From positions 1-26,254 of the IMG/VR virus record IMGVR_UViG_3300047564_003057: 26,254 bases of DNA; one strand, 5' to 3'. The notes beneath the pieces were generated by a model, which saw nothing but the letters and a program-made list of their open reading frames with translations, did not search any database and had not been told where the DNA came from. Positions 6,155 to 15,792 of the stretch are shown here, piece after piece; within the stretch, counting starts at the first letter, position 1, and each line of letters starts with the position of its first letter. Made by a program: the position numbers and the translations under genes. Source of the stretch: a virus (Duplodnaviria > Caudoviricetes).

Positions 6155-8707
6155 ATGACATTACCTGCTTCAGGATCAATATCACTATCAGATATTCACC
6201 AAGAGTTCAGTGGGGATACTGCTCCAACTACAGCAGGTCCACTAGAACTTGGTGAATATTATGGTCAGGATAATGCTCCAACGAGTGGTGCTATAAGTTT
6301 TTCAAATTTTTATAGTACAGATGGTGTCCCAGCAAGTGGACTTCAACTTCATTGGGATGGGCAAATATCAGAGAGTAACGCTGGTACAGGTGGAGTTGAA
6401 GATATAGGAACTTTTGACAGAAACGGAACCCTTACAAATGGAGCATCTTATAGTGCTACTGATAAGGGTATCATAGTGTTTGATGGTGTTGATGATTGTG
6501 TTAATTTTACGGCGTATAAAGGAATTACAGGTGCTACAGCAAGAACTTCTATAATATTTGTAAAACTAGACGCGGCAACACCATCAGTAGTTCAAAGAAT
6601 ATTTGCCTGGGGAAATCCTGCCACTAACGGCCGAAAGTGGTCAATGGAACTACTCACCAATGGCTGTTTTAATATGGGTGTTGGTGGTGGATATAAACAA
6701 ACTTATATTTCATTTACAGGAAACCAGTGGAATATGTTTTCTGCTACCTGGGGTGGTGGAAGCGGATTTCCTCCTACAGACCCAATAACATCTTTTGCTG
6801 TTGTTGGTTCTGTAGTCAGTGGAACTGGTGTTCCCGGTGGTACTACCGTTACTGCCATTGATGCGAGTACAAATACAATTACTCTATCAAACAATCTTAG
6901 TAGTACAATATCATTAGCAACTCTCACTTTCACAAACAATTATCTTCTTGCGACTGGTGGTTCTGGAGGTTCTTCTACTGATAGTGGTGCTAGTGGAGGA
7001 GGAACTGGAGGAACTTCCAGTGGTCTTGAAAGAGATGGTGGTGGAAACGGCGGATCAGGTGGTTCTACTAGTGACTCAACTACTGGTGCTGGTGGCGGTG
7101 GTGGTGCTGCAGGATATACTGGAAATGGTGGCGAGGGTGCTGACAGAGGTGCTAACAATGCGACTTCTGGGGGAACTGGTGGAGGTGGTGGTGGTGGTGG
7201 CAGCGGCGGTGCTAGCAACGGTGGTGCCGGTGGTGGTGGAACAGGTCTAAGAGCAGCTGGTCAGACCAACAGTGGTGCCGCAGGAAGTGGAACCACAGGT
7301 GGCGGTGGTGGATCGGGTGGAACTAATGGAAGTAACTCTACTGGAAGTACTGGTGCTAATGGAGGCACTCAGTATGGTGGTGGTGCTGGTGGTGGAAGAA
7401 ATCTTGCTGATGGTGGAGATGCTGGACCTGGAGCAGCAAGAATTATTTGGGGTGCTGGTAGGTCTTATCCAGCAACAAGTGTCGCAGATAGTGGAACCAA
7501 CCAATCAGTTTTCACTACATCTGGAACATTTACCGTTCCAGCAGGAGTCACCCAAATTTCTGCGGTTGTTATTGCTGGTGGTGGTGGTGGAGGTAATGCC
7601 ACTGATGATGATGAACCAGGTGCGGGCGGTGCTGGTGGTGGTCTAGCATATGGTACTTGGACTGTTACGGCAGGAACTCAATTTACAGTTACCATTGGTT
7701 CTGGAGGACAAAATGGTGTAACTGGTGGAACTGGTGGTTCTTCCAGTATTTCGCGTTCAAGCACAGCATCTGCGACTGGAACTATAGGAACCAATACAAT
7801 TGTAGTAGGAACTCCTGGTGGCAATGATACTCCAAATATTACCTTATATCACAATGCTCAGCAATTAGTTAATTATTTTACTTCAGCACAGACTATTGAT
7901 ACATCTAATGATATTGATGTTCAGATCGGAACAAATACAGGATTAACTTACACGGATGGTCAAGTTGCGAAAGCTTTAATTTACAATAGAGCACTTAGTC
8001 ATTCTGAAATCGCACAAATTTATAACGCAAAGGCAGTTGCTCTCGGACTATCTCAAGCAGCAGCAACAACTGAAGCGCCTATCGTAGTAGAATTTGTAAC
8101 AGCAGGAACTCATATATTTGGAGCGGGTGGAAATTCATTTACAATTACTGGAATTCAATCTGGAGACTTTATAATTGTTGCGGGAGCAGCAGACAATACT
8201 AACATCACTGGTCCAACTGGATTCACTAATGGTGGTAATGATGGTGGAAGTAGTGAACCTGTTAGTTATTGGGGATATGTTTTTGCTACAGGAACATCAT
8301 ATACGGTTAGTGGATTACAAGGATCAACAACAGCAGGCAGTCAATGTGTCTACATTTATATGGTCTTTAGGAATGTAAATGCTACAACTCCTATTGATGT
8401 TTCATCAGGACCTACAGGTTCCTTAGACCCACCATCAATCACAACTAATTTTAATGGTTGTATGATTGTTGCTTTGGCAATGGTTGATGATGACAACCAG
8501 GCACCTAATGTGACTGCTCCAACTGGTTATACTTTGGCTGCTGCTGAAGATGTTGGAACAACAGGAAATGACCTTAACGGAGCAACTGTTATGGGAGCAT
8601 ATAAGCAACAAACTACAGCAGGAGTTGAAAATCCTGCAGCATTTACTATTGGTAGCACTGATTCGTATGATTCTTATACGATATCATTAAGATCGGTACT
8701 AACATAA
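6155..8707 (+). CDS. Putative fibre-tip adhesin: N-terminal attachment motif, split LamG/ConA-like domain, glycine-rich domain, C-terminal beta-sandwich
   Basis: 850-aa ORF 17 nt after the fibre stop. N-terminus MTLPASGSISLSDI...EF...EYYG...SGAISFSNFY. LamG motifs LQLHWDG, FDGVDD, QWNMFSATW and ...LIYNRALSHSEIAQIYN. Poly-Gly tracts with FTTSGTFTVPAGVT and GAARIIWG. Confidence 0.8.
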   Translation: MTLPASGSISLSDIHQEFSGDTAPTTAGPLELGEYYGQDNAPTSGAISFSNFYSTDGVPASGLQLHWDGQISESNAGTGGVEDIGTFDRNGTLTNGASYSATDKGIIVFDGVDDCVNFTAYKGITGATARTSIIFVKLDAATPSVVQRIFAWGNPATNGRKWSMELLTNGCFNMGVGGGYKQTYISFTGNQWNMFSATWGGGSGFPPTDPITSFAVVGSVVSGTGVPGGTTVTAIDASTNTITLSNNLSSTISLATLTFTNNYLLATGGSGGSSTDSGASGGGTGGTSSGLERDGGGNGGSGGSTSDSTTGAGGGGGAAGYTGNGGEGADRGANNATSGGTGGGGGGGGSGGASNGGAGGGGTGLRAAGQTNSGAAGSGTTGGGGGSGGTNGSNSTGSTGANGGTQYGGGAGGGRNLADGGDAGPGAARIIWGAGRSYPATSVADSGTNQSVFTTSGTFTVPAGVTQISAVVIAGGGGGGNATDDDEPGAGGAGGGLAYGTWTVTAGTQFTVTIGSGGQNGVTGGTGGSSSISRSSTASATGTIGTNTIVVGTPGGNDTPNITLYHNAQQLVNYFTSAQTIDTSNDIDVQIGTNTGLTYTDGQVAKALIYNRALSHSEIAQIYNAKAVALGLSQAAATTEAPIVVEFVTAGTHIFGAGGNSFTITGIQSGDFIIVAGAADNTNITGPTGFTNGGNDGGSSEPVSYWGYVFATGTSYTVSGLQGSTTAGSQCVYIYMVFRNVNATTPIDVSSGPTGSLDPPSITTNFNGCMIVALAMVDDDNQAPNVTAPTGYTLAAAEDVGTTGNDLNGATVMGAYKQQTTAGVENPAAFTIGSTDSYDSYTISLRSVLT

Positions 8708-8732
8708 ATTAATTTAGAGTTTCTATTTTTGT

Positions 8733-8933
8733 ATGAGATACGCAGTCATAGATTCTAACAACTATGTTGTAAATATTGTTTTATGGGATGGAGTTTCCGA
8801 ATGGTCACCAGGACCAGGATTGAGTTTAATACAAATACAAGAAGAACAATTTGTTGATATTGGGTGGACTTATGATGAAGAAACTGGTTTGTTTATAAAC
8901 CCAATACTGCCAGTCGGAATTGGGACCACTTAA
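8733..8933 (+). CDS. Small tail-fibre-assembly-like protein
   Basis: 66 aa with YAVID..VVNIVLWDG and IGWTYD...F..P motifs, typical of small proteins that follow phage fibre genes. Confidence 0.7.
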   Translation: MRYAVIDSNNYVVNIVLWDGVSEWSPGPGLSLIQIQEEQFVDIGWTYDEETGLFINPILPVGIGTT

Positions 8934-8939
8934 ACCTAT

Positions 8940-8947
8940 AATAAATA
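8940..8947 (+). promoter_or_regulatory. T4-type late promoter-like box (AATAAATA) upstream of the glyco-cluster
   Basis: One mismatch to TATAAATA, located in the 30-nt gap before ORF 8964. Confidence 0.55.
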
Positions 8948-8963
8948 GGCATATATTTACACT

Positions 8964-9956
8964 ATGCTTTTGTGTATGAGAAACTTTGCAAAACTTGCCT
9001 TGGAGAACGGTGGATCTATTCACCCTCTAATTATTCCATCAAATTTAACAAACGGATTAGGATTAATGAATCCTTCTGTTTTAGTTGAAGATGGTAAAAT
9101 AAAAATAATTCTAAGATCAGTAAATTACACTTTTTACCACTCGGAAAAGAAACTATTTCAACACGTTTGGGGTCCATTAACATACGTTCATCCTGAGAAC
9201 GATATGCATTTAAGGACAATAAATTATTATCTGGAACTGGATAATGATTTTAATATTGTGAGATACAATAAAATTGACACTTCAAAGTTTCCAGAAAAGG
9301 AATTGTGGGATTTTGTGGGTCTAGAGGATGCCAGGATTTTTCGTTGGAATGGAAAATTATACACATCTGGAGTTCGTAGAGATCTTGATACTATTGGAAC
9401 TGGGAGAATGGAACTATGTGAGATTGTAGTTACTGATGATAAAGTAGAGGAAATATCTAGGTTTAGAATTCCTCCTCCAAAAGATCCAAATTCTTATTGT
9501 GAAAAGAACTGGATGCCAATTCTCGATTTGCCATATCACTATGTAAAATGGGGAAATCCAACGGAAGTAGTCAAGGTTGACCCAGAAAATAAAACTTCAC
9601 AAACAGTTTATTTGGGAGAGCAAATTAATTTACCAAGAGATCTTCGTGGCGGTTCTCAATTAATTCCTATTGGAGATTACTATCTTGCGTGTACTCATGA
9701 AGTATCTTTATTTGATAGTGAAGTTGGAAGAAAAGACGCAGTTTACTATCATAGATTTATTGTCTGGGATAAATCTTTTAAAATTGTCTCTTACTCAAGA
9801 GAATTTAACATTATGGATGGAGATGTTGAATTCTGTATTGGTATGGCGATTAAAGACGAAAATATATTAATGACTTTTGGATTCCAAGACAATGCTGCTT
9901 ATATTTTAAAAGTTTCGATACAAACAATTTTGGAGTTTATCAATGAGAATAATTGA
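8964..9956 (+). CDS. Five-bladed beta-propeller glyco-enzyme (GH130/GH43/GT91-like); the start may be ATG 8976
   Basis: Motifs MNPSV, GLEDARIF, CEKNWMP, LRGGSQ, YYHRF, VEFCIG and FGFQD. Confidence 0.65.
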   Translation: MLLCMRNFAKLALENGGSIHPLIIPSNLTNGLGLMNPSVLVEDGKIKIILRSVNYTFYHSEKKLFQHVWGPLTYVHPENDMHLRTINYYLELDNDFNIVRYNKIDTSKFPEKELWDFVGLEDARIFRWNGKLYTSGVRRDLDTIGTGRMELCEIVVTDDKVEEISRFRIPPPKDPNSYCEKNWMPILDLPYHYVKWGNPTEVVKVDPENKTSQTVYLGEQINLPRDLRGGSQLIPIGDYYLACTHEVSLFDSEVGRKDAVYYHRFIVWDKSFKIVSYSREFNIMDGDVEFCIGMAIKDENILMTFGFQDNAAYILKVSIQTILEFINENN

Positions 9957-10683
9957 TTGTTTTCCATACTTTGATGAAAAAGAATTGTTAGAACTTAGAA
10001 TAAACTTGCTTTATGAACATGTAGACAAGTTTATCATTTGCGATGCTGATAGAAGTTATGACGGTAAACCTAAACCATTTACATGTAAAAATGTTATTGA
10101 TACATTAGGACTTCCTCAAGAAAAAATTCAAATTTTGGAAGTAAATCTCCCAAATAATCATATAAATTCTTGGACTTCTCCTAGTTTGTTGAGAGAAAGA
10201 ATGCAAAGAAATGCAGCAGAATCTCTTATGGAGGATGGTGATATTTTTATCATTAGTAATTTAGATGAAATTATCAATCCAGATTTTATTGAGTATTATT
10301 CAAATGTGGTAACACAAAATCCGAATAATATTCTTAGGATTCCTATGGCATTTTTAAAAGATGGAGCGAATTCTAGAGTTTATGGGCATGATAATCAACC
10401 CATTACTTGGAATGCTGCTTTTTTATGCATGAAAAATCATTTGAATGAATACACCTTTTCTGATATTAGAGAGTCTTATATTAAACAATCAAATTACATA
10501 CAATTTCCTAATATTTTTGTAACAGAAAACAATGTAGTAGAAGATGCTGGATGGAAATTTTTTATTTCAAACAATTTAAATGAAGTTGTAGAAGAACATA
10601 CATTAAAACCATACCCATTAAATCTTTTACCCCAAAAGATTTTTGACTTGGATAGAGTTAAAAAATTTCTTGCTGTCATTTAA
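9943..10683 (+). CDS. GT17 (GnT-III-like) glycosyltransferase homologue with degenerate motifs
   Basis: IIDCFPYFDEKELLELRINLL..VDKFII...GKPK, RERMQRN, IISNLDEI and AGW. Overlaps the upstream gene by 14 nt. Confidence 0.7.
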   Translation: MRIIDCFPYFDEKELLELRINLLYEHVDKFIICDADRSYDGKPKPFTCKNVIDTLGLPQEKIQILEVNLPNNHINSWTSPSLLRERMQRNAAESLMEDGDIFIISNLDEIINPDFIEYYSNVVTQNPNNILRIPMAFLKDGANSRVYGHDNQPITWNAAFLCMKNHLNEYTFSDIRESYIKQSNYIQFPNIFVTENNVVEDAGWKFFISNNLNEVVEEHTLKPYPLNLLPQKIFDLDRVKKFLAVI

Positions 10684-10695
10684 AGATTTTAAATA

Positions 10696-11667
10696 ATGAA
10701 AAATATAGTGTTTCATTGCAACTCTTTGAATGAGAGGGGAACATCAGTTTCTGTTTTTGATTATGCTTTTTATTGTAGAAAATATTTGAACTTAAATCCA
10801 TTCATTATGTATGATTTAAATTATGAAAATAATGAGGATTCTGTTTTTAATTTTAAAAAACAATTCGAAACCATTGGTTATAACTCATTTATCAATGTTC
10901 AAAGTTTTATAGACAAAAAAAATATTGATTATTTTTATGCAATTAAATATGGAACAACAGATGGAATTTTAGTAGAAAACTCTAAGAATTTAATTCATTC
11001 TGTTTTTTGTTCTGACACATCTCAAATTCACGGTGATAGATATGCCACAATTTCAGAGTGGATGACTAAAAGATGTAACTATCAAATACCGTTTGTACCA
11101 CATATGATAAATCTTCCATCCAATGAAGGTGATTGGAGAAGAAAACTTAACATTCCCAAAGATGATGTGGTAATTGGAAGGTATGGTGGAAAAGAGACAT
11201 TTAATATTGATTTTGTCTCAGAATGTATTCTGGATATTTTATATGAAAGAAGTGACATTTGGTTTTTATTTTTAAATACTGAAAATAAAATAAACCATGA
11301 AAGATGTTTATATTTTGATTCCATAATAGATTTACATAGTAAGGTCGAATTTATCAATACATGCGATTCTTTTTTACACGCAAGAGATTATGGAGAAACT
11401 TTTGGTCTTTCTATTTTAGAGTTTGCTTCTAAAAATAAGCAAATAATTTCTTATGATAATGAAGAGTTTCAAAATAATCACCCTTTGGGCGGAAGAAATC
11501 ATTTTTTATTTTTAAGAGATAATTGCTATAAGTACTATGATAAAAGTAGTCTTAAATATATTCTTTTAAATATTAGTAGGAATAATCCATTTGATACTAC
11601 ATATTTAAATGAAGAATTTTCTCCACAATCTGTAATTAAAAAATTTGAAGAGGTTTTTATAGAATGA
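10696..11667 (+). CDS. GT-B fold (GT4-like) glycosyltransferase
   Basis: N-terminal LNERGTSVSVFDYA, IGRYGG, and FINTCDSFLHAR..GETFGLSILE (EX7E motif). Confidence 0.8.
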   Translation: MKNIVFHCNSLNERGTSVSVFDYAFYCRKYLNLNPFIMYDLNYENNEDSVFNFKKQFETIGYNSFINVQSFIDKKNIDYFYAIKYGTTDGILVENSKNLIHSVFCSDTSQIHGDRYATISEWMTKRCNYQIPFVPHMINLPSNEGDWRRKLNIPKDDVVIGRYGGKETFNIDFVSECILDILYERSDIWFLFLNTENKINHERCLYFDSIIDLHSKVEFINTCDSFLHARDYGETFGLSILEFASKNKQIISYDNEEFQNNHPLGGRNHFLFLRDNCYKYYDKSSLKYILLNISRNNPFDTTYLNEEFSPQSVIKKFEEVFIE

Positions 11668-13814
11668 ACTATGCTTATATTTTTGTCGATAACTTAAATG
11701 GACATTCTTACAAAAATGGTTTAGATGAATTGAGAGCATCTATATCCACATTAAAGAAAAATCAAATTTATAATACCATTCAAATTTTTAACAATGAATT
11801 TGATGGAAAAAATGTTGAATATTTTGGGGTGGAAAAAATAGTTCACAATCATTTTAACATATCAAGAAATTATGGAGGTTCAAATAATATAAACCCAATC
11901 AATATTCTTGTGGAAAAAATAATTCAACTCATGAATTTTGATGAAAATCAAGATATTGTTTTAATGGATATTGATACATCTTCACAAAAAACAATTCCTA
12001 AAGATTTTTTTAATTCCAACTATATTGTTTTTGACACTGTCGAGTATCCGATAATGCAGTGGAGGAACTTGGATAAAGTTCTTCCACAGATTCCTTGGAA
12101 AGATTTTGATGTTAATTTTGACAGTTCTTTTATGATGTATAATACTGGAGTAATATACATTCCAAAGAAATTTAGAAAGGAACTTTGTGAAAAGGCATTA
12201 AAACTTGTTGATTATATGAATTATAATTTTGATCCATCTGAAAGGTGTGGAAATAAATTGGATGAGCAAATTGCTTTAAGTATTGTCTGTCATGATGCTT
12301 ATGGAAGATTTGGAAATATTAAATATTCTTCAGATTATATTCATCATCATTGGGAAGATAGACAAAAAGGTATAGAGTGGTGGAAAAAAATAATAGTTGA
12401 AGATAGATTCAATGACTTTATTGAATCCCATTATCAAACATGCGTGAAGCAGGTTAATCAAATTAAATCTATTCTGGAAAAAAAGGTTATTATTGATGTT
12501 GGAAGTAATATTGGTCTTTTTTCTAAAGCAATAGCAGAAAATGTTGATTATGAACACATTTACTTATTTGAACCATCGATAGAATATTTTAATAAAAGTA
12601 AGGAAATATTAAAGAGTTTTTCCAATATTACATATAATAATTGTGGTCTTGATTTATGTAATAAAAAACTAACTCTTTTTAAAGACAATAAAAATATCGG
12701 GTGGAATACCATCTACACTAAAGACCCAATGCAGAGTGAGACATTTTATAAAAAAATGGTTTCTGAGGAAATAAATGTTGTCAAACTTGATGATTATTAC
12801 AAAGATATAGAAGATGTTGGTTTTATAAAAATAGATGTTGAAGGTTATGAAAGAAATGTTTTGGAAGGTTCTTGGGACATAATTAAAAAATTTAAACCTT
12901 ATATTTTAATAGAAGTTTCTTGGGGTACAAATCATCCAGATTGGGAACTTAACAAGAACACTTACGAAAAGTTATTCTCGCTAGGGTATGAAAAAGTAGA
13001 TTTTTCAAATCATACTGAAGATATTTTATTTAAACCAATAATCAATGTAAATAAACTTCCAATTTCGATAGGAATTCTTTCTTGGAAATCAAATCAAACT
13101 CTAAGAAATACTCTAAACTCTTATCAAAGGAATGGATTATTTGATATTGTCGATAATGTTGTATTATTTTTTCAAGAAATTTCCGAAGAAGATAGAATTC
13201 TTGCCAAAGAATACAATCTTCCATATATTTCAACGGAAGAAAATATTGGAATAGGAGGCGCTTTTATAAAACTTGCAGAGGTTTTAAAAGAAGAAAATAT
13301 ACTATTATTGGAGCATGATTGGGAACTAACTGAAGATATCAAAACAACATTTTTACAATTAAAGCAAGGTGTAGAATTATTAGATAAAGATTATAATTGT
13401 ATTAGACTTAGAAGTGTTGAGAATCCTGGTCATCCACTTTACTCTCAAAATGTCTATGAGGGAAATGAATTGAATCATTACGATCCTTCAATAGATTTAA
13501 TATCTCCCCATTTATTTGAATGTCGACATTGGATACAAAATGTAGATGAGGTTTTTCCAGATAAAATTAAAAAGGAAAATAATTACTTTACAACAACAAG
13601 TAGATGGAGCAATTTTACAAACAATCCTTGTTTATACAAAAAAGATTTTTATATAAGCAGTATACGCCCCTTTGAGAAGAAAGGTTCTCTTTATGATGGT
13701 TTGGAGTTGAATGTTAGTCATTGGTGGGGAAGGCAAGATTTTAAAATTGCTTGGGGTAAGGGGATTTTTACACACAATGATATTGAAAAATATGGACCTA
13801 ATACTACAGTCTAA
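11664..13814 (+). CDS. Three-domain fusion: GT-A nucleotide-sugar transferase, FkbM-family methyltransferase, GT2-like transferase
   Basis: First domain LMDID, YNTGVIY, DEQIALS, IHHHW. Second IIDVGSNIG, LFEP, FIKIDVEGYE. Third SIGILSW, NIGIGGA, LLLEHDW, FTNNP. ATGA overlap with the upstream gene. Confidence 0.78.
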   Translation: MNYAYIFVDNLNGHSYKNGLDELRASISTLKKNQIYNTIQIFNNEFDGKNVEYFGVEKIVHNHFNISRNYGGSNNINPINILVEKIIQLMNFDENQDIVLMDIDTSSQKTIPKDFFNSNYIVFDTVEYPIMQWRNLDKVLPQIPWKDFDVNFDSSFMMYNTGVIYIPKKFRKELCEKALKLVDYMNYNFDPSERCGNKLDEQIALSIVCHDAYGRFGNIKYSSDYIHHHWEDRQKGIEWWKKIIVEDRFNDFIESHYQTCVKQVNQIKSILEKKVIIDVGSNIGLFSKAIAENVDYEHIYLFEPSIEYFNKSKEILKSFSNITYNNCGLDLCNKKLTLFKDNKNIGWNTIYTKDPMQSETFYKKMVSEEINVVKLDDYYKDIEDVGFIKIDVEGYERNVLEGSWDIIKKFKPYILIEVSWGTNHPDWELNKNTYEKLFSLGYEKVDFSNHTEDILFKPIINVNKLPISIGILSWKSNQTLRNTLNSYQRNGLFDIVDNVVLFFQEISEEDRILAKEYNLPYISTEENIGIGGAFIKLAEVLKEENILLLEHDWELTEDIKTTFLQLKQGVELLDKDYNCIRLRSVENPGHPLYSQNVYEGNELNHYDPSIDLISPHLFECRHWIQNVDEVFPDKIKKENNYFTTTSRWSNFTNNPCLYKKDFYISSIRPFEKKGSLYDGLELNVSHWWGRQDFKIAWGKGIFTHNDIEKYGPNTTV

Positions 13815-13817
13815 ATA
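13811..13817 (+). promoter_or_regulatory. Possible late promoter variant (CTAAATA) overlapping a stop codon
   Basis: TAAATA core at the start of the only sizeable gap in the cluster; weak evidence given the AT-rich background. Confidence 0.3.
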
Positions 13818-13929
13818 AGATAGTTTATTACCAAAGTAATCATAATTAAACAAAGACAATTTGTTAGAGGTGATTACAAAATCATACTCAATAATGAGTG
13901 AATTTATTATTAAATGGAAATCTAAAGCT

Positions 13930-15792
13930 ATGTTAAGAACTGACATCATAAACATTTTGATTAAAAAGATTGGTGCTAAGAAATATTTGGAGATTGGCGT
14001 TTCAAATGGAATTAATTTATCACAAATAGATTGTGAGTATAAAATTGGAGTAGACCCCGATCTTAATAGTCCAGCAAATGTTCATTTAACTTCTGACGAT
14101 TTTTTTTATAAAAATGAAGAAACTTTTGATATCGTGTTTATAGATGGATTACATCATTATGACCAAGTTTATAAAGACATATTGAATTCTTTAGATGTAT
14201 TAAATGATGGTGGATATATCGTTTGCCATGATATGAATCCTTGGCAGGAAGATATCCAAATAATTCCATACAATCCACAAATTCACACTCTCTGGACTGG
14301 AGATTGTTGGAAGGCATTTGTTCGTCTAAGAAGGGAACGAGAAGATTTGGAAATGTATGTGGTTGATACTGATTGTGGATGTGGAGTAATAAAAAAAGGA
14401 TCCCAAAAATGTTTAGAGGGGAATGAAGATTTAAACTGGGGTAATTTGGAAAAAAATCGTCAAGAATGGTTGAATTTGATTTCTAAAGAAAATTTTGTAG
14501 AAAAAATACAATATACAGTTTCCAATTCTAATGACTTTGATAATCTATTAAGGACCTATATTTTTTCACCAGAAGATCCTGAAAATAATTACAATCTTGG
14601 TGTTTACTATGAAAAAATTGGGCAGACTGCTTCAGCAGTCTCATATTATCTAAGAGCGGCGGAAAGATATGATAATGCTTTATGTAAATATGAATCATTA
14701 ATTCGTGCTTCTATCTGTTTTGATAAGCAAGGTACTAGAAATTTTACCGTGAAAAGTTTACTTTTACATGCTCTAGCAATATGTCCCAAAAGACCAGAGG
14801 CATATTATCTAATGAGTTGTCATTATGAAAAATCTGAAGGTGATGGTCATTGGAATGACTGCTATACAATAGCATCAATAGGATTAGGAGTTTCGGAATT
14901 AAATCCAGAACCACTAAAAACAGATTTAGGATATCCAGGAGAATATGCTCTTATTTTTCAGAGAGCATTAAGTTCTTGGTGGTGTGGTCTATGCGAAGAA
15001 TCTAAGAGTACATTTTTAGATCTTCTGGAAAATTACAATATGAATGAGCAATTTAAAAATTCTGCTATAGAATGTTTAAAACTAATGAATTATGAGTATG
15101 ATACTACTATCAGTCTGACTCCTTTTAGTAAATATAATAAAAATAAATTCGATAGACTAAAATATAAATTTAAAGGATCTGAAAATATTAAAGAAAATTA
15201 TTCGGAAGCATATCAAGATATTTTTGTTTTGACAATGCTAAACGGAAAGAGGGAAGGAACATACTTAGAATTAGGTGCAGGAAGTCCTTTTTATGGAAGT
15301 AATACGGCTTTATTGGAGAGGGATTTTAATTGGAAGGGAGTAGCACTTGATCTTGATGAGGCATTTGTAAATTCACATTCGAAAGAAAGAAAAAACCCAT
15401 GTCTCTTAAAGGATGGAATAACTACAAATTATGAATCTTTATTGGCATCGTTAGATTTTCCAAAAGAAATTGATTATTTACAATTGGATTGCGATCCACC
15501 ATCAGTAACATATCAAATTCTTTTAACCATTCCATTTGAAAAATATAAGTTTGCGACAATTACTTATGAGCATGATTATTATTGTGACGAAACAAAATCT
15601 TATCAAAATAAGTCAAAAAAATATTTGGAAAGTTTTGGATATGTAAGAATTTTTAACAATATTTCACCAGACAATAATAGATCATATGAAGATTGGTGGG
15701 TTCATCCCGATTTGATAGATTCTAAAATTATATCAGAATTAATGGTTATTGATGATACTATAAAGAAGGGAGAAGATATTTTTGTATTATGA
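13930..15792 (+). CDS. Fusion: class I SAM methyltransferase, TPR region, FkbM-like methyltransferase
   Basis: YLEIGV, DIVFIDGLH, GGYIVCHD; helical repeats YNLGVYYEKIGQTASAVSYY and PKRPEAYY; YSEAYQD, YLELGAG, GSNT, IDYLQLDCDP, EHD, EDWW. ATG 13930 is preferred to TTG 13861 because the methyltransferase domain begins there. Confidence 0.78.
   Translation: MLRTDIINILIKKIGAKKYLEIGVSNGINLSQIDCEYKIGVDPDLNSPANVHLTSDDFFYKNEETFDIVFIDGLHHYDQVYKDILNSLDVLNDGGYIVCHDMNPWQEDIQIIPYNPQIHTLWTGDCWKAFVRLRREREDLEMYVVDTDCGCGVIKKGSQKCLEGNEDLNWGNLEKNRQEWLNLISKENFVEKIQYTVSNSNDFDNLLRTYIFSPEDPENNYNLGVYYEKIGQTASAVSYYLRAAERYDNALCKYESLIRASICFDKQGTRNFTVKSLLLHALAICPKRPEAYYLMSCHYEKSEGDGHWNDCYTIASIGLGVSELNPEPLKTDLGYPGEYALIFQRALSSWWCGLCEESKSTFLDLLENYNMNEQFKNSAIECLKLMNYEYDTTISLTPFSKYNKNKFDRLKYKFKGSENIKENYSEAYQDIFVLTMLNGKREGTYLELGAGSPFYGSNTALLERDFNWKGVALDLDEAFVNSHSKERKNPCLLKDGITTNYESLLASLDFPKEIDYLQLDCDPPSVTYQILLTIPFEKYKFATITYEHDYYCDETKSYQNKSKKYLESFGYVRIFNNISPDNNRSYEDWWVHPDLIDSKIISELMVIDDTIKKGEDIFVL

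Noticed and set aside
6603-8378. Small overlapping ORFs within the adhesin, including the Pro-rich antisense ORF 6940..7218
   Set aside because: They are explained by GGT/GGA glycine runs in the sense frame.
13861-13929. N-terminal extension from TTG 13861
   Set aside because: The methyltransferase domain starts at ATG 13930, and the extension has no recognisable features or ribosome binding site.
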